Part shown: in pieces, positions 37,228 through 50,764 of the stretch
Numbering within the stretch: position 1 is the first letter of the stretch
Layout of the letters: every line of letters starts with the position of its first letter
Source: Octopus sinensis
Taxonomy: Eukaryota
Reading direction: 5' to 3'
Assembly (NCBI RefSeq): GCF_006345805.1
Contig: NC_042999.1
Location: 162,316,001 to 162,380,000, forward strand
Length of the DNA stretch: 64,000 bases
The notes under the pieces: generated by a model
Database searches by the model: none
Seen by the model: only the letters and a program-made list of their open reading frames with translations
What the model was told of the DNA's origin: nothing
Position numbers and translations under genes: made by a program

Positions 37228-37410
37228 CATCATCATCATCATCGTTTAACGTCCGTTCTCCATGCTAGCATGGGTTGGACGGTTTGACCGGGGATCTGGG
37301 CTGCCCCAGGCTCTGGTCTTATCTGGCAATGTTTCTACAGCTGGATGCCCTTCCTAACGCCAACCACTCCGTGAATGTAGTGGGTGCTTTTTACATGCCA
37401 CCTGCACTGA
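37228..37410 (-). mobile_element. RTE LINE 3'UTR fragment
   Basis: Same family as the copies at 4132 and 50360. Confidence 0.75.
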
Positions 37411-38769
37411 GGTAAATATATGGAGGTAAATGCATAAATCTAATGACACTCATGTAATGGGTGTACATTCTCTTTAGTGCATGAGCATATGTAAAGCTCA
37501 AATGTGATTGTGTGTATATTTTCACAGCAAGCCAATTGACATTGTTCTATTTTGGAAGAACACAGCATTTCCAGTCTTTTGTGCAAATTTGTTGCAATCA
37601 AGCTCAGCGCAACTATAATGGTGCAAATGAGAATTCTGCATTAGTTCACTGCAGATATTCTATTTTACCACAACTTTAGATGAGATATTCGCATTCAATG
37701 AATGTTGCTTGCTAGCACAACTACTTCACAGAAATATGAGCAGTTGGATAGTTTATATCCTAGTAGCTCTTCATCTTCTTCATGTAATCAAATAAGGGAT
37801 TTCCCAAACCATTTTGTAGAACTGATATAGATCTGATTCAGTTCATAAGTCCACTGGACTTTCTACTGATTGACCTGCAGCCTGCAATAGCTGATTCCAA
37901 TTTCCTAGCTATTGTGGTAAAATAGCAATCCATGTGCAAAAAAATTTAATTTCACTACATGATTACTACAATGATTTTTTTTTATAAAATGGTATTTCTT
38001 TGCACTTATCCAAAGAAGATAAACTTTATTTTTCTAGGCTTCTGTCACTGGTAGAAGTTTTAAAGTATAGGATTCAATATATGAAAGAATGAATCTTCTC
38101 TTATGCCAATATGAGTTCAAAGTCATGCATGCATGTATGTATAAGTGTCTGTATGTATGCCTGCTTACCTGCATGTATGCATACATGTATGTAATGTAAT
38201 GTATGTTGTGAAGAAGTCTGCTGCATGTGTAAAGAGTAGCATAGGTGTATAATGTAAAAACGCTTGCAGATTGTAGTATGTATGTATGCTTGTGTATATA
38301 ATTGCATTTGTGTTCCCTCTGCAGCTTTAGCAACTATAGACTAAAATTGAAAAGCAAATTAATAAAAGACACACACTTCAACATGTATATTAACACACAC
38401 AAACACACACACATTTATACCATTTTCACATACATGAAAAGCAGACATATACATGCACACATATACATACATATTTACACAGATGTATATATACATACAT
38501 ACACAAGCATGGAATGAAAGAAAAAGGAATAATGTTTCAAATAGTGAAAATAGATAAAGAATAACCTACTCTCCACTGCCACCCCTGCCCCAGGGTAGAT
38601 CTCAGTGGACTTGGTGGTTCTTAAAATAAACATCTTGCTTGTACATTCTTTGGTAGTGTAAAGAGGATAAAAAGAGCGAGAGACAACAAAAGCAATAACA
38701 ACTACAACTGCAGACAAATAATTAGCTAGGCAAAACTTTTAATTAAAGTTGAAGACAATAAGTGAAATA

Positions 38770-38803
<34 letters not shown>

Positions 38804-38974
38804 TGAGAGTGTACCTTGATGTAGAGACATGTTGAGAATGTAAAGGAGAAGAGGAATATAAATAACAAAAAGACAACAGCAACAAGAAAAATAACAAGAA
38901 AACAGCAAAAAAAAAACCCATAAAAACACCAACATTAAGAAAACAACAACAACAAGGAAGCAACATATTAGAAT

Positions 38975-39357
38975 ATGGATGGATGGAAGCACTCCGTCGG
39001 TTACAACGACGAAGGTTCCGGTTGATCCGAATCAACAGAACAGCCTGCTCGTGAAATTAACGTGTAAGTGGCTGAGCACTCCACAGACACGTGTACCCTT
39101 AACGTAGTTCTCGGGGATATTCAGCGTGACACAGAGAGTGACAAGGCCGGCCCTTTGAAATACAGGTACAACAGAAACAGGAAGTAAGAGTGAGAGAAAG
39201 TTGTGGTGAAAGAGTACAGCAGGGATCACCACCATCCCCTGCCGGAGCCTCGTGGAGCTTTTAGGTGTTTTCGCTCAATAAACACTCACAACGCCCGGTC
39301 TGGGAATCGAAACCACGATCCTACGACCGCGAGTCCGCTGGGCCATTGCGCCTCCAC
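38975..39357 (-). mobile_element. SINE family 2 (copy 2)
   Basis: Near-identical to 17895-18305. Confidence 0.9.
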
Positions 39358-39559
39358 TTTGGTTTTGTAAGTAGTTAAACACTGTGTTGCAGGTTGAAAC
39401 AAGGTACTTAATTCTGCCTATTCCAGTTTGCTTGAGTGACCAAAAGAAAAAAAAAGTACTACTCCTACTTTGTAGTAAAAAAGGCATTCTGTTTTCAAAA
39501 GAAACTGCTCCGATAACAATAGAAAAAAGTCTCACCCATATAAGCATGATTATAACAAA

Positions 39560-41110
39560 CAGCAAGACCACCCTCCGCTTTGTGCACCTTCAGCTTGGTG
39601 ACCAGCCAGATGCCTCTCCCTTTCCACACTGATTACCGTAGCTGCTCAAATGCTGAGCTTCTCTTTGCAATACTCTTTACTCTCTTTTACTTGTTTCAGT
39701 CATTTGACTGCGGCCATGCTGGAGCACTGCCTTTAGTCGAGCAAATCGACCCTGGGACTTATTCTTTGTAAGCCCGGTACTTATTCTATCGGTCTCTTTT
39801 GCCGAACCGCTAAGTAACGGGGACATAAACACACCAGCATCGGTTGTCAAGCAATGCTAGGGGGACAAACACACACAGAAACATACAAGCACACACATAT
39901 ATATATACATACATATATACGACGGGCTTCTTTCAGTTTCCGTCTACCAAATCCACTCACAAGGCATTGGTCGGCCCGGGGCTATAGCAGAAGACACTTG
40001 CCCAAGATACCACGCAGTGGGACTGAACCCGGAACCATGTGGTTGGTTAGCAAGCTACTTACCACACAGCCACTCCTGCGCCTATGCATATGTTGGCTTC
40101 CTTTTCAATGTTCAGAGATCTGGAGAGTGTGATGTTGAGGCACATGAACAAATCAGCAATCTTCAAAGATTCCCCTTTGACAGAGATAACTGGTTCCACT
40201 TACGGTTTCTGCGGGGCAAGTCAGTGTATGACCTCCATCTTCTGAGTACTGATTGTGAGGCCAAAGTTGTTGCAGCAAGTGGAAAAGCAATTCATGCTCT
40301 GCTGCATCTGGGCCTCTGTGGCAGCATTGAGTGCACAACCATCTGTGAACAGGAAGTCATGCACTGAGTTCTCTTCCACCTTGGTCTTGGCCTGTAACCT
40401 CCGCAGGTTGCTGAGTATGCCATCAGTCCTGAATCTGATCTTGATGCTGGTCTCATCACCATTGCAGAAAGCATCCAACAGCATGGCTAAAAATATTGAA
40501 AAGGTGAGCAGAGCACTTCAACAACATCCTGAACAGGTGTTCCTCTACCAATGCAGAGGCCATTGCTTGCATGCTCCAAGTTGACATCAATACGTCTTTG
40601 GCAGAGCCTTCAATGGAAGCAGAGGTCCAGAAAGCAATTAAGCTTCTCTCAAATGGCAAGGCACCAGGCTCTGACACCATCCCAGCTGAAATATACAGGG
40701 CAAGAGGACCAGTCTTGGCACAGAAGCTCACTAATCTCTTTCAGGAGCTCAAAGATGCATCAATTTTCCACCTCCACAAGAGAAAAGGAAACAAGCAATT
40801 CTGTGACAACCACCAAAGCATTTCTCTCTTTGAGTCCTCCTTAATCACCTCACTCAGAACATGGAAGATTGGCATCTGGCAGAGAGTCAGTGTGGTTTCA
40901 GAGAGGGCCATAGGACAGTTGACATGATCTTTGCCACACACTAACTTCAGGAGAAGTGCCAGGAACAGAACTAAGGCCTTTGACACCATTGGTCATGAGG
41001 GGCTTTGGAAGACCATAGGAAAGTTCAGCTGCCTGGACAACTTCATCAGCATGGTGTGACAGTTCAACGACAGCATGTTCACTTGGGTACTGGAAAATGG
41101 AGATTCTTCC
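39560..41110. mobile_element. BovB-like RTE LINE fragment with internal inversion, interrupted by a SINE
   Basis: Minus strand 39560-39665 and 40110-40545 (RFRTDGILSNLRRLQAKTKV..FLFTDGCAL..FGLTISTQK). Plus strand 40545-41110 (EVQKAIKLLSNGKAPGSDTIPAEIY..KAFDTIGHEGLWK..VLENG). Confidence 0.85.
39671..40082 (-). mobile_element. SINE family 1 (copy H), inserted in the BovB-like RTE
   Basis: Consensus match; RTE sequence continues on both sides. Confidence 0.95.
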
Positions 41111-41114
41111 AACT

Positions 41115-41400
41115 AGACAGAGTACAACATGCAGAAATGACAGAAAAGATTGGAAAAGAATTCTAGAGAGATATTAGATGAATATCTAAAATAGAGCTAA
41201 ATGCAAAAGTAAATTTTAAAATTATAGTAAAATAAGGTAATAAGTATCAATACTGTCCCAGTAATAAGTTACAGTAATAATATGCGTAACTGAATTCTTA
41301 GAATCAAGTCTAGATTAAGTAAACAAGAAAACCAACGAATGCATTCAGAACACATCACCCAAAATTCTACATAGAATGAATGTATTAACCATGTATATAT
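41115..41400 (+). mobile_element. R4/Dong-type LINE fragment
   Basis: KVISINT..VPVISYS..NW..LD..HHPK-like; homologous to 49985-50340. Confidence 0.55.
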
Positions 41401-41525
41401 GAATAAAACAAAAGATTGTTTTCTGTCTTCAAGAAGTTAACATATATAAGGCAGACTAATGTAAGAATAGTGGCAAGAAAGGAGAAACAAAACTGCAACT
41501 AAAAATAAAATAAAATAAAATAATA

Positions 41526-41926
41526 GGCGCAGGAGTGGCTGTGTGGTAAGTAGCTTGCTAACCAACCACATGGTTCCGGGTTCAGTCCCACTGCGTGGCA
41601 CCTTGGGCAAGTGTCTTCTGCTATAGCCCCGGGCCAACCAATGCCTTGTGAGTGGATTTGGTAAACGGAAACTGAAAGAAGCCCGTCGTATATATGTATG
41701 TGTGTGTGTTTGTGTGTTTGTGTTTGTCCCCCTAGCATTGCTTGACAACCGATGTTGGTGTGTTTACGTCCCCGACACTTAGCGGTTCGGCAAAAAGAGA
41801 CCGATAGAATAAGTACTGGGCTTACAAAGAATAAGTCCTGGGGTCGATTTGCTCGACTAAAGGCGGTGCTCCAGCATGGCCACAGTCAAATGACTGAAAT
41901 AAGTAAAAGAGTAAAAGAGTAAGAGT
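41526..41926 (+). mobile_element. SINE family 1 (copy I)
   Basis: Consensus match. Confidence 0.95.
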
Positions 41927-42287
41927 AATAAAAGTTGAAGTAAAACTGGATTACAGAATGTCCCTGAAAATAGCTTACGAGACCAATACCAGGTAGATAA
42001 CAAAAAAAAAAAAAAAAACCCTCAGCACTGACTGAGATGCCCAGGACTCGACACAGACTAAATTATTTTTGATTGCATCACAAAGTACCAAATACGTACA
42101 ATGTAGCAGAATACAAAATGTACTATGTGAATAAACAATCAGTCATATTGTTTTTGGCAGACCAAACTTGGGGGAGGGGGGGAGTGTTCATTTTTTCCTT
42201 GTGTATGTATGTACAGGCAGGACAAAGCAGGAGCTAGAAATTACGCCAGCATTAAGAAATACTCACAAAAACAAGATGGTATAGACA

Positions 42288-42681
42288 TCTTTATATATAA
42301 AAGTGAGGTTGTGTGCTGTCTGTCTCCTACGATTTAGATTCCTAACTACTCCCACATTTTGCGGTGCAGTTTAACCAAAACCGGGTATCTTATAGTCGTG
42401 ATTCATATCGAGCCCTTCTGGGTATTAGTGCGCGTCTACGATGAGTCTACGATTTTAAAAAAGATTTACCATCAATTTTTCCCATTTTAATGCATTTTGT
42501 TTTGCTATTATATAAGGGAAGTCAACGATTTGCGATGAGTCAACGATTTAAAAAAAAATTTACCATAATTTTTTTTCCATTTTTAATGCATTTTTTTGCT
42601 ATTTTTTGGCTATAACTCTCTAAAAATGCTTATATAGTTATTTCCCTTACAAACCCGAGCAACGCCGGGTGATACTGCTAG
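42288..42681 (+). mobile_element. Non-autonomous Helitron (H7)
   Basis: A|TC ... hairpin ... CTAG|T. Confidence 0.92.
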
Positions 42682-43484
42682 TATACAGATAAGGCCTCTC
42701 AAAATGACAGTGACCATACTCTGGAACAATGCATAATAAGAGTGGTTTAGGCAAAAGTATTCTACTTTATAACTCAGTTCCAGCAGATGACAAGAAATAG
42801 AGAACCTATAAAGTACTGGAAATCAAAGAAATCAAAATGAGGGCTGACAACCTAAACAATCCTTATAATATTAGGTGCCTTGGAAAAGCGATAGACATCC
42901 CCAACTTTCCAAACCTTAGGATTTCAATATATATACAACATACAGACCACAGCAAAGCAAGGTATTGCCTGCATGTTACAAAACCACAGTCCCTACCATT
43001 AAGGCAAGTGCCTTCTCTTTGCTGTCCTCTTTCAATCTATAGGTGCATTTTCAGAGTAGGCCCATTTTTACAGATCATGCTCGCCACTCTCGTACACCTT
43101 TTAACAAATTTGCTAGGCTGGGGGCATAGCACTTCATTCTCTCCTTTCCTTTTCAAGTGAAATTCAGAAAAGTTAATAAGGGTTTGGCCAACCTAGCCCA
43201 CCATACAACCTCTTTCATTAAGGCTCCCAGGCAGATAGACATTGCCTTTCCTGACCAAAGGAAGATAGTGGGACAGTCTTCATTGTGGACTCAGCTGGAT
43301 CCATCCTACACATTACAGCAGGTGTTCAACATAAACCCACAAGTCAACAATGTACAGGCACTGGGCAAGTATGTGCAGAACAGTTTTGTCACTCTGCATA
43401 CATCTCAAGGAAACCTGATTGGCAGTGCTTCTATTTCTGTAGAGTATTTATATATTTTTTTAATATTTAATATAAGCGATATAT

Positions 43485-43890
43485 TACTCTTTTACTCTTT
43501 TACTTGTTTCAGTCATTTGACTGTGGCCATGCTGGAGCACCGCCTTTAGTCGAGCAAATCGACCACAGGACTTATTCTTTGTAAGCCCAGTACTTACTCT
43601 ATCAGTCTCTTTTGCCGAACCGCTAAGTGACGGGGACGTAAACACACCAGCATCGGTTGTCAAGCAATGCTAGGGGGACAAACACAGACACGCAAACACA
43701 CACACATACATATATATATATACATATATATGACAGGCTTCTTTCAGTTTCCATCTACCAAATCCACTCACAAGGCATTGGTCGGCCCGGGGCTATAGCA
43801 GAAGACATTTGCCTAAGATGCCACGCAGTGGGACTGAACCCGGAACCATGTGGTTGGTTAGCAAGCTACTTACCACACAGCCACTCCTGC
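43485..43890 (-). mobile_element. SINE family 1 (copy J)
   Basis: Consensus match. Confidence 0.95.
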
Positions 43891-44689
43891 AACCAGCAAT
43901 ACACCTTGGTAGCACAGCCAGGTCAAGGAATTTTTAATATTATTCATGAGTCCTAATCTAAAAATCACCTGGAACAGACCAGCTTGTTGATTTTTGTCAA
44001 TGGCCAGATTTCCCCAGGAATGCTGTTGCTCTTGTCTGCTGCTACCCCCTATAGAATGCCATGGTGAAAATTCCATCAACTGCACTACCCAACTGGCAAA
44101 GGTCCATGTGTGCTTGGTTATATTCCAGATACCAAGTGTCCTGCTTCAGTCTATGCTTGACCCAAGACTGCAACTCTGTCAAAGAGATGAGCAAGGGAAA
44201 TGCAGGTCTAACAAACAGTGACCATATCTGTTCACTGTCAAGGAATTGCAAGAGAGGTCATAGGCTCACTGCATGTGTGTGCATCATCAGCCAATGCATG
44301 CCCATTGATTCAGCCAGTACTGACAGCAAAAGGAGCATCTTCCACAGTAAATGGAAGAGTAGGCACCCCAGATCAGTTAATCACAACTGTGATTTTGTGG
44401 GATTTCTACAGGTAGCCCTTGGAAGTCTCCCTCTTTTGGGGAAATGTTCATTGTTAATATTTTATTATTTCTGATTTTTTTTACTGTTTACACATTATTT
44501 CATGTAATCTCACAATGTATCATTCTGTAACATTCTCAATCTTCATATAAACCCTTCGTGGTTAATAAAGAAACAATTAATATTATCAAGGCAACAAACT
44601 GGTAGAATTGTTAGCACGCTAAATTCCTTAGCAGTATTTCTTTTCAACTCATTACATTCTAAGTTCAAATTCTACTGAGGTTGACTAGA

Positions 44690-46135
44690 CCCCTTCCCCA
44701 ATAGGAGAGATCTACTCAATGATGGTCAGACATAATATATGATAGAGGCCATGTAAGTGTTCATCACCTCTGCCTGATCTTTCAGGGATAGCTTTCCTTT
44801 GATCCATTTCTGGGTGAGATTAACCATCCCGCTTATCACTTTGTCCCAGTTTTCCTCCACTTGGAGATCTGAGCTAAAGCAGATCCCAGAGCAATTTAAA
44901 TGGTTCATCTGCCCTATAACACTGTTGGACAGCATGGACCTGTCTCTCTAAGTGCCAAGCTGCAGGCCCACTGACTTTTCTTGACAGATTATTGCTCCTG
45001 TCATCACCTTGTAGTTCCTTAGAGCAGTGTCAATTGCCTCAATATGCTTGGTATCTATCACCATCATAGTGACATTGTATGCATATGTTAACATAATTTT
45101 TCCACATCCTAGTTGACAGGGGGTGCCCAACATCTCTAGTCTCCACAGTAGTGGCTCAAGAGACAGTATATACAGAAAAGAGGAGAAAATGGAGTGAACA
45201 CACGAGCTGAATGGTAGCGAGAGGTAACCACTTACTCTAACTACTGAGTAGATGTACATTGCAGCAACCCAAGTGTGAAACATGGGGCCAAAACTGGCTA
45301 CCATAAGGACAGCTGTTAAGCACTGGAGGTCAACTCTATCAAAAGCTTTTGATTGATCTAAGTGGATCACAGATCCACTTATGCCAGGTTCCTTATCTAT
45401 CCATTCTATCACATGGTGGAGGCTGTTGTGGATAGACCTGTTTGGGATGGCACGTGTTTGTACATCAATATGATCATTGATGGCAAGCATCAACCTCAGT
45501 CAAAATTTTGAAATCTGCATGGAGCAGAGTTTTCAGCCTAAAATTTTCTGTGATCCCCCATTGTTTGGGTTCCTTCTCAAAAGTGTTACTGCTCCTTGAC
45601 TCATAGAACTAGTGATTCTCTCATTCAGCTGCCAGTTGCAGTAAATGTTTGCTAAGAGGTCTCCAAACAAGTCTAGTATGTAAAAGTAAAGCTTGTCAGG
45701 CAGATCATTGAAACCATCCGTTACTTCCTGTATTTCTAGAGCTGCTAGCTTTTCACAACAACTCTGCTTCTCTTAGTGAGAGGCATGGTAGGCTATCAAG
45801 GTAGGCACTGAAGCCCATTCTGTGACCTAGCCTGCCACCTGTCCCAAACAGTCTAACAAAGCACCACAGAAAAATTGCACACATCTGGTCAGGTTTGAGT
45901 AACACCCACCCATCAAAGTCTGTGCAAAACCAAATTGGGCCTTTGTTTCCACATTATACCTCTGCCACTCAAGCCTATCGGACAGCTTTTTGTCCCCTTG
46001 TATCTTAGAGGTTACACCTTAGCTCTGACAAGGCATCCTTTGAGCTTTGCATTGAAGAATTCAAGGGCTAATCTTGCTGCAAGCATGTCAGTTGCAATGC
46101 CTTGCCTAAATCCTCTGCTTAGTTTCTGACTAGTC
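44690..46135 (-). mobile_element. Tx1/L1-clade LINE RT fragment, degenerate
   Basis: DGFNDLPDKLY..DLFGDLLANIYCNW, IPNRSIHNSL, LDQSKAFDRVD, LYILSLEPLL, LSLKDQAEVMNTY. Confidence 0.8.
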
Positions 46136-46664
46136 TCCTTCTAATTTCGTTTTCTCTGTCACTATTTCCTTATTAAATCTTATCAATTCTCTTTTATCAA
46201 GGCAAACCACCATTGGTTGTTGATAACTGCCCTCATCAACACCCACTTTACTTATTCATTGATCTAGACTTTGTAAGCTTGGTGTGCCAGGAGCAATGTG
46301 TTCAGCTTCCCAAAACCAAATAGCTGACAATTTTAAATTGTAGCCATTCTATGTTGTTCTTATCTATAGGTCTACTCTAGGTACAATCTGGATGAGCTGA
46401 TACACTTTATCCACTTCCACATCAGCACATTTAGGAAATCCAGACATTTGGAAATGTCTGAATAGGTTTATGTGGCTTTTGTATCCCACCTCTTCTATTG
46501 GCTATCCCCGCACAGTTCAGGCATGCATCCAAGGTGCTGTTCCAATTTCCCACAAGGAGTGAAACATTCCCAGGAAACGCTCCAGACACCTAAAGAAATT
46601 TGATCATCTGGCTCCTGTTGCACCATAGATGGCCACTAATCAACTTCAGTACTTTGTTTAGAGT

Positions 46665-46883
46665 CAGTGCTTTTCAACATTTTTGCTGGAGCGGAACCCC
46701 AAGGAAACATTCCACTGGCTTGAGGAACCCCTTTGCAATAATTTAATAGTCTTATGCACACATATCTGCACAGGAGAATTAAAAATGACTGCCGATTTTA
46801 GCAGTTTTGTAACTTCTTGCGGAACCCCTGGACTGTACTGGCGGAACCCTAAGGTTCTGCGGAAACCTGGTTGAAAACCACTG
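46665..46883. mobile_element. hAT (Charlie-like) MITE
   Basis: TIR CAGTG(C/G)TTTTCAAC; imperfect ~8-bp TSD GTTTAG(A/G). Confidence 0.75.
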
Positions 46884-47363
46884 GTTTAGGTACTAAGAAT
46901 CTGTCTTTCCTTTTTCTGCTTCATCTGTTTCAACAGTGGAGTCTGGTGGGGGGGGTATGTTTGACTTAATGAGGACGACTTGTGTTTGTTTCTTCAGTTA
47001 CATTGGTTTTTTGGGGTTTTTTTTTTGCTCCTATTTTTACTAACACACATATACAGTACTGTTGTATTTGCTGTTGCTTAAAATATGGATTTATAACATA
47101 GACACAAGGTTGGGAGTTGTGAGTATAGTCTTCTAAGTCAACCTCATCACTTAACTATTATTTTATTGACTCCAGAAGGATGAAGAACAAAGTTGACTCC
47201 GGCTGGATTTGAATTTGACAGTTATTTGTAATAATTATTCCTGACAATAGAGCTTTTTAAAATCTGTTTGTTACCACCTTTTCTAGTTTTGCTTTTGTTA
47301 CTACTTCTAACTTGATACAAGTGCTATCAGAAGTAGCCATGTTTTTTATTAGCTACCAAGATA

Positions 47364-47763
47364 TCTTTATATATAAAAGTCAAGTTGTGTGTCTGCCTCC
47401 TACGATTTAGATTCCTAACTACTCCCACATTTTGCGGTGCAGTTTAACCAAAACCGGGTATCGTATAGTCGTGATTCATATCGAGCCCTTCTGGGTATTA
47501 GCGCGTGTCTACGATGAGTCTACGAGTTAAAAAATAATTTACCATCATTTTTTTCCCATTTTAATGCATTTTTTCGCTATTATATAAGGGAAGTAACTCT
47601 CTAAAAATGTCTACGATGAGTCAACGATTAAAAAAAAAATTTACCATAATTTTTTTCCCCTTTTTAATGCATTTTTTTGCTATTTTTTTGGCTATAACTC
47701 TCTAAAAATGCTTATATAGTTATTTCCCTTACAAACCCGAGCAACGCCAGGTGATACTGCTAG
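47364..47763 (+). mobile_element. Non-autonomous Helitron (H8)
   Basis: A|TC ... hairpin ... CTAG|T. Confidence 0.92.
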
Positions 47764-48325
47764 TTATAGATAAAAATGAACACCTCTAAAGCTACTGTAA
47801 GTGTTACACCTCACATCATTGCTGAACTCTGACAGTATTCTCATCTATATAAAATCAGCAAAACAGTATCCTGAAGGCTAGCCTTCCTCCTCGAAGTAAG
47901 AAAATACTACAGCTATGATCAATTTCTAAACTCTCTACAAAGATGAGTGGAACCTGCATTGGAGTATTGCTCACATAACTGTGACTATGCTATTGCTACA
48001 TGCACAAACAACCTAGAATACATCTAGTAATCACTCACTGATACACAACTACAATCAGTTTCCTGCATGCTGTGAGAATGTTGTTGTTGTTTAATTCAAA
48101 GCTATTTAGAAAACCTATGATCAAAGGCATTGTTACCATGACCCCGTAACCCATTTTTCTTTTACAGACTTAGTGTATTTCATACAACATTATCCAGAGT
48201 CTCCATTTTTAAGGATGGTAAAGTGTAATCTGGGGAAGATTCGAATGCTATTTTTTAAAAGTTCAAATTAACGGTATGTGCTGAATAAAAGGTAATAGTC
48301 AATGACTGATAGCACTTTCCATTTT

Positions 48326-48568
48326 CATCATCATTGTTCGACCGTGGTCGAGACAATGGAATTTACCATGCTACGCCAGACTTCACGGTCCATCATGGCA
48401 TTACGGAGGTCCTGTTGCTGGATGCCTGTATCCCTGGAGATTACATCAGGGTAGGAGAGTGTGCGCCTTCTGGTATTGCGAGTAGATGGCTTCCAGAGGA
48501 GAAGAGTAGAAATTACTTCTTTTTCAGCTCTACAACAATGTCCAGTAAACTGGACTCTCCTACCTTTC
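48326..48568 (-). mobile_element. 5'-truncated RTE-type LINE with 11-bp TSD
   Basis: About 6 differences in ~235 bp vs 15757-16000; TSD CTTTCCATTTT at 48315-48325 and 48564-48574. Confidence 0.92.
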
Positions 48569-49288
48569 CATTTTACCCTGGCAAGTACAAGAGATAAGTC
48601 TGGAAATCTTTCAGCTTATTCTGCCCTTATCAGTAAAACATAGCCTTCATCATACTTGTTGAAGTAGCAGTGAAAGGATTAACTCTAGCAAGAATTCTGA
48701 TTTACAACTGGTTTTGTAACTGCATAAAAGATTTAAATACACTGAATCAAAAGGCAAGACCAGTTTAATGTAACAAGGGCTCAAAGGAAGTAACAATAGT
48801 ACTTGTAAGTACTGCAACACACTGTGCTACACTGCTACCATCACTGTTTCTAGTATGTTGTTATCTCCATCCAGTTACCTCGTCCATCTCTATAATAAAA
48901 AATGAGATGATGTAAGGAAGAACAAAGAAGAGAGCCACTTGTTTGTGAGTGTAGCAGACTGATACGGTGGATGGACGGATGGTTGGGTAAACAGATAGTT
49001 GGGCTGGCAGGCTGGATGGTGGAGAGATTGGTAAATGAATGAATTGGTGGGTGGATGGATGGATGGATGGTTCTAATTATCTAATTAGATAACTGACTGG
49101 ATGTATGAATAAATGAATGAATGAAAAATGATAAAGCCTAATGTATAAATATAAAGAACTGTAGTATGATACTTCAGTACAAAAACTACTAAACTGGGTT
49201 AGATCAATAAACAATGATGGAATTATACTATCAAAGTCACTAATTTAATATATTAACATTGCAACACTGACATAGTAGAAGATGCATG

Positions 49289-49307
<19 letters not shown>

Positions 49308-49357
<50 letters not shown>

Positions 49358-49439
49358 TGTTCTGTTCCTCCATCTTCTACTATGTCAGTGTTGCAGTATC
49401 AGTTCCCCCATCTTCTACTCTGTGTGTGTGTGTGTATCT

Positions 49440-49481
<42 letters not shown>
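49308..49481. repeat. (GA)n and (GT)n microsatellites
   Basis: Read directly from the sequence. Confidence 0.9.
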
Positions 49482-49484
<3 letters not shown>

Positions 49485-49984
49485 GAGTAAGCAAAGCCTA
49501 AATGGCAGATCTATGATGATTAGAGTTGAGATTTGTGAATCATAAAGAGAAGGGAAATAGTTACAATGGACAATACTCTCTGCTGCATTCTTCATCGATA
49601 ATACTTCCATAACTCCTATTAAAGAATAGTACAGATGGTCAAGACAGCAGAACACAGAATTGAATGCATTATTGTAATTAGTTTCATCATACCAGCCCTT
49701 GCTTCTGAGATCAAATCCCATCAGGATTGAATTTGCATTTTCATCCCCTAATTACTGGATAATTTCATTCTTATTCCTTCATTTATAAAATTGTCTGCGC
49801 CCTTCTGAAAGATGCCAATAAGGATAATAATAATAATAATGATGATGATTTCAAATTTTGGTACAAGGCCAGCAATTTTGGGGAAGGGGGCAAGTTGATT
49901 ACATCAACTCCAGTATTGAACCGGTACTTATTTTATCGACCCTGAAAGGATGAAAGGCAAAGGCGACCTCATGAAGATAGACAA

Positions 49985-50340
49985 AATGTTGCAAAGCATT
50001 TCGACTGGCAAAATTTGATCCTAACAATATCACACAAGATAAAGAAAATGAAATAAGAGAACTAGACCAAATCCAGACATACAACGAACTAGATATGGTG
50101 AACACACAAATGAAAAAACAGATCAGGAAGGAATATTACAGATGAATTAGATAACACTTAAAATGCAGTTCAATGTGAAAAATAAGGTAATAAGCATCAA
50201 TACTTGAGCTGTCCCAGTAATTAAGTTACAGTTACAATATTCTTAACTGGATGCTAAATGAATTAGTCAAACTAGACAGGAAAACAAGAAAAATACAGAA
50301 TTTTAATAATATACAACACCCAAAATCTGACCTAGAAAGG
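49985..50340 (+). mobile_element. R4/Dong-type LINE fragment
   Basis: NKVISINT.AVPV..YS..ILNW...LDRKTRK..HPKSDLER-like. Confidence 0.6.
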
Positions 50341-50359
50341 TTATATATATATATATATA

Positions 50360-50740
50360 TCATCATCATCATCATTTAGCGTCCGTTTTCCATGCTAGCA
50401 TGGGTTGGACGGTTTAACTGGGGTCTGTGAAGCCGGAAGGCTTCATCAGGCCCAGTCTGATCTGGCAATGTTTCTACGGCTGGATGCCCTTCCTAACGCC
50501 AACCACTCCGTGAGTGTAGTGGGTGCTTTTTACATGCCACCTGCACAGGTGCCAGACAGAGCTGGCAAACGGCCACGAACGGATGGTGTTTTTACGTGAC
50601 ACCGGCACGGGGGCCAGGCGAGGCTGGCAACGGACACAAACGGATGGTGCTTTTACGTGCTACCAGCACGGGGACCAGGCGAGGCTGGCAACGGACACAA
50701 GCGGATGGTGCTTTTACGTGCCAACGGCAGGGGGGCCAGT
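50360..50740 (-). mobile_element. RTE 3'UTR copy extended by a 61-bp minisatellite (~3.5 units, 50520-50740)
   Basis: Unit starts GGATGGTG at 50581, 50642 and 50703. Confidence 0.8.
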
Positions 50741-50764
50741 GGAAGAAGCCTTATACTATAAAAT

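Noticed and set aside
38726-38992. Hydrophobic Cys-rich ORF as a membrane protein or signal exon
   Set aside because: It derives from (AAC)/(A)-rich low-complexity sequence next to a SINE tail, with no suitable splice donor seen.
49380-49721. 113-aa minus-strand ORF, and nearby MHSILCSAVLTICTIL, as CSPG4 exon 1
   Set aside because: It runs into (GA)n, or hits a stop without a credible phase-1 donor; no recognisable domain.
50520-50740. 61-bp periodic repeat as a CRISPR array
   Set aside because: The units are tandem without unique spacers, there are no cas genes, and the context is a eukaryotic retroelement.
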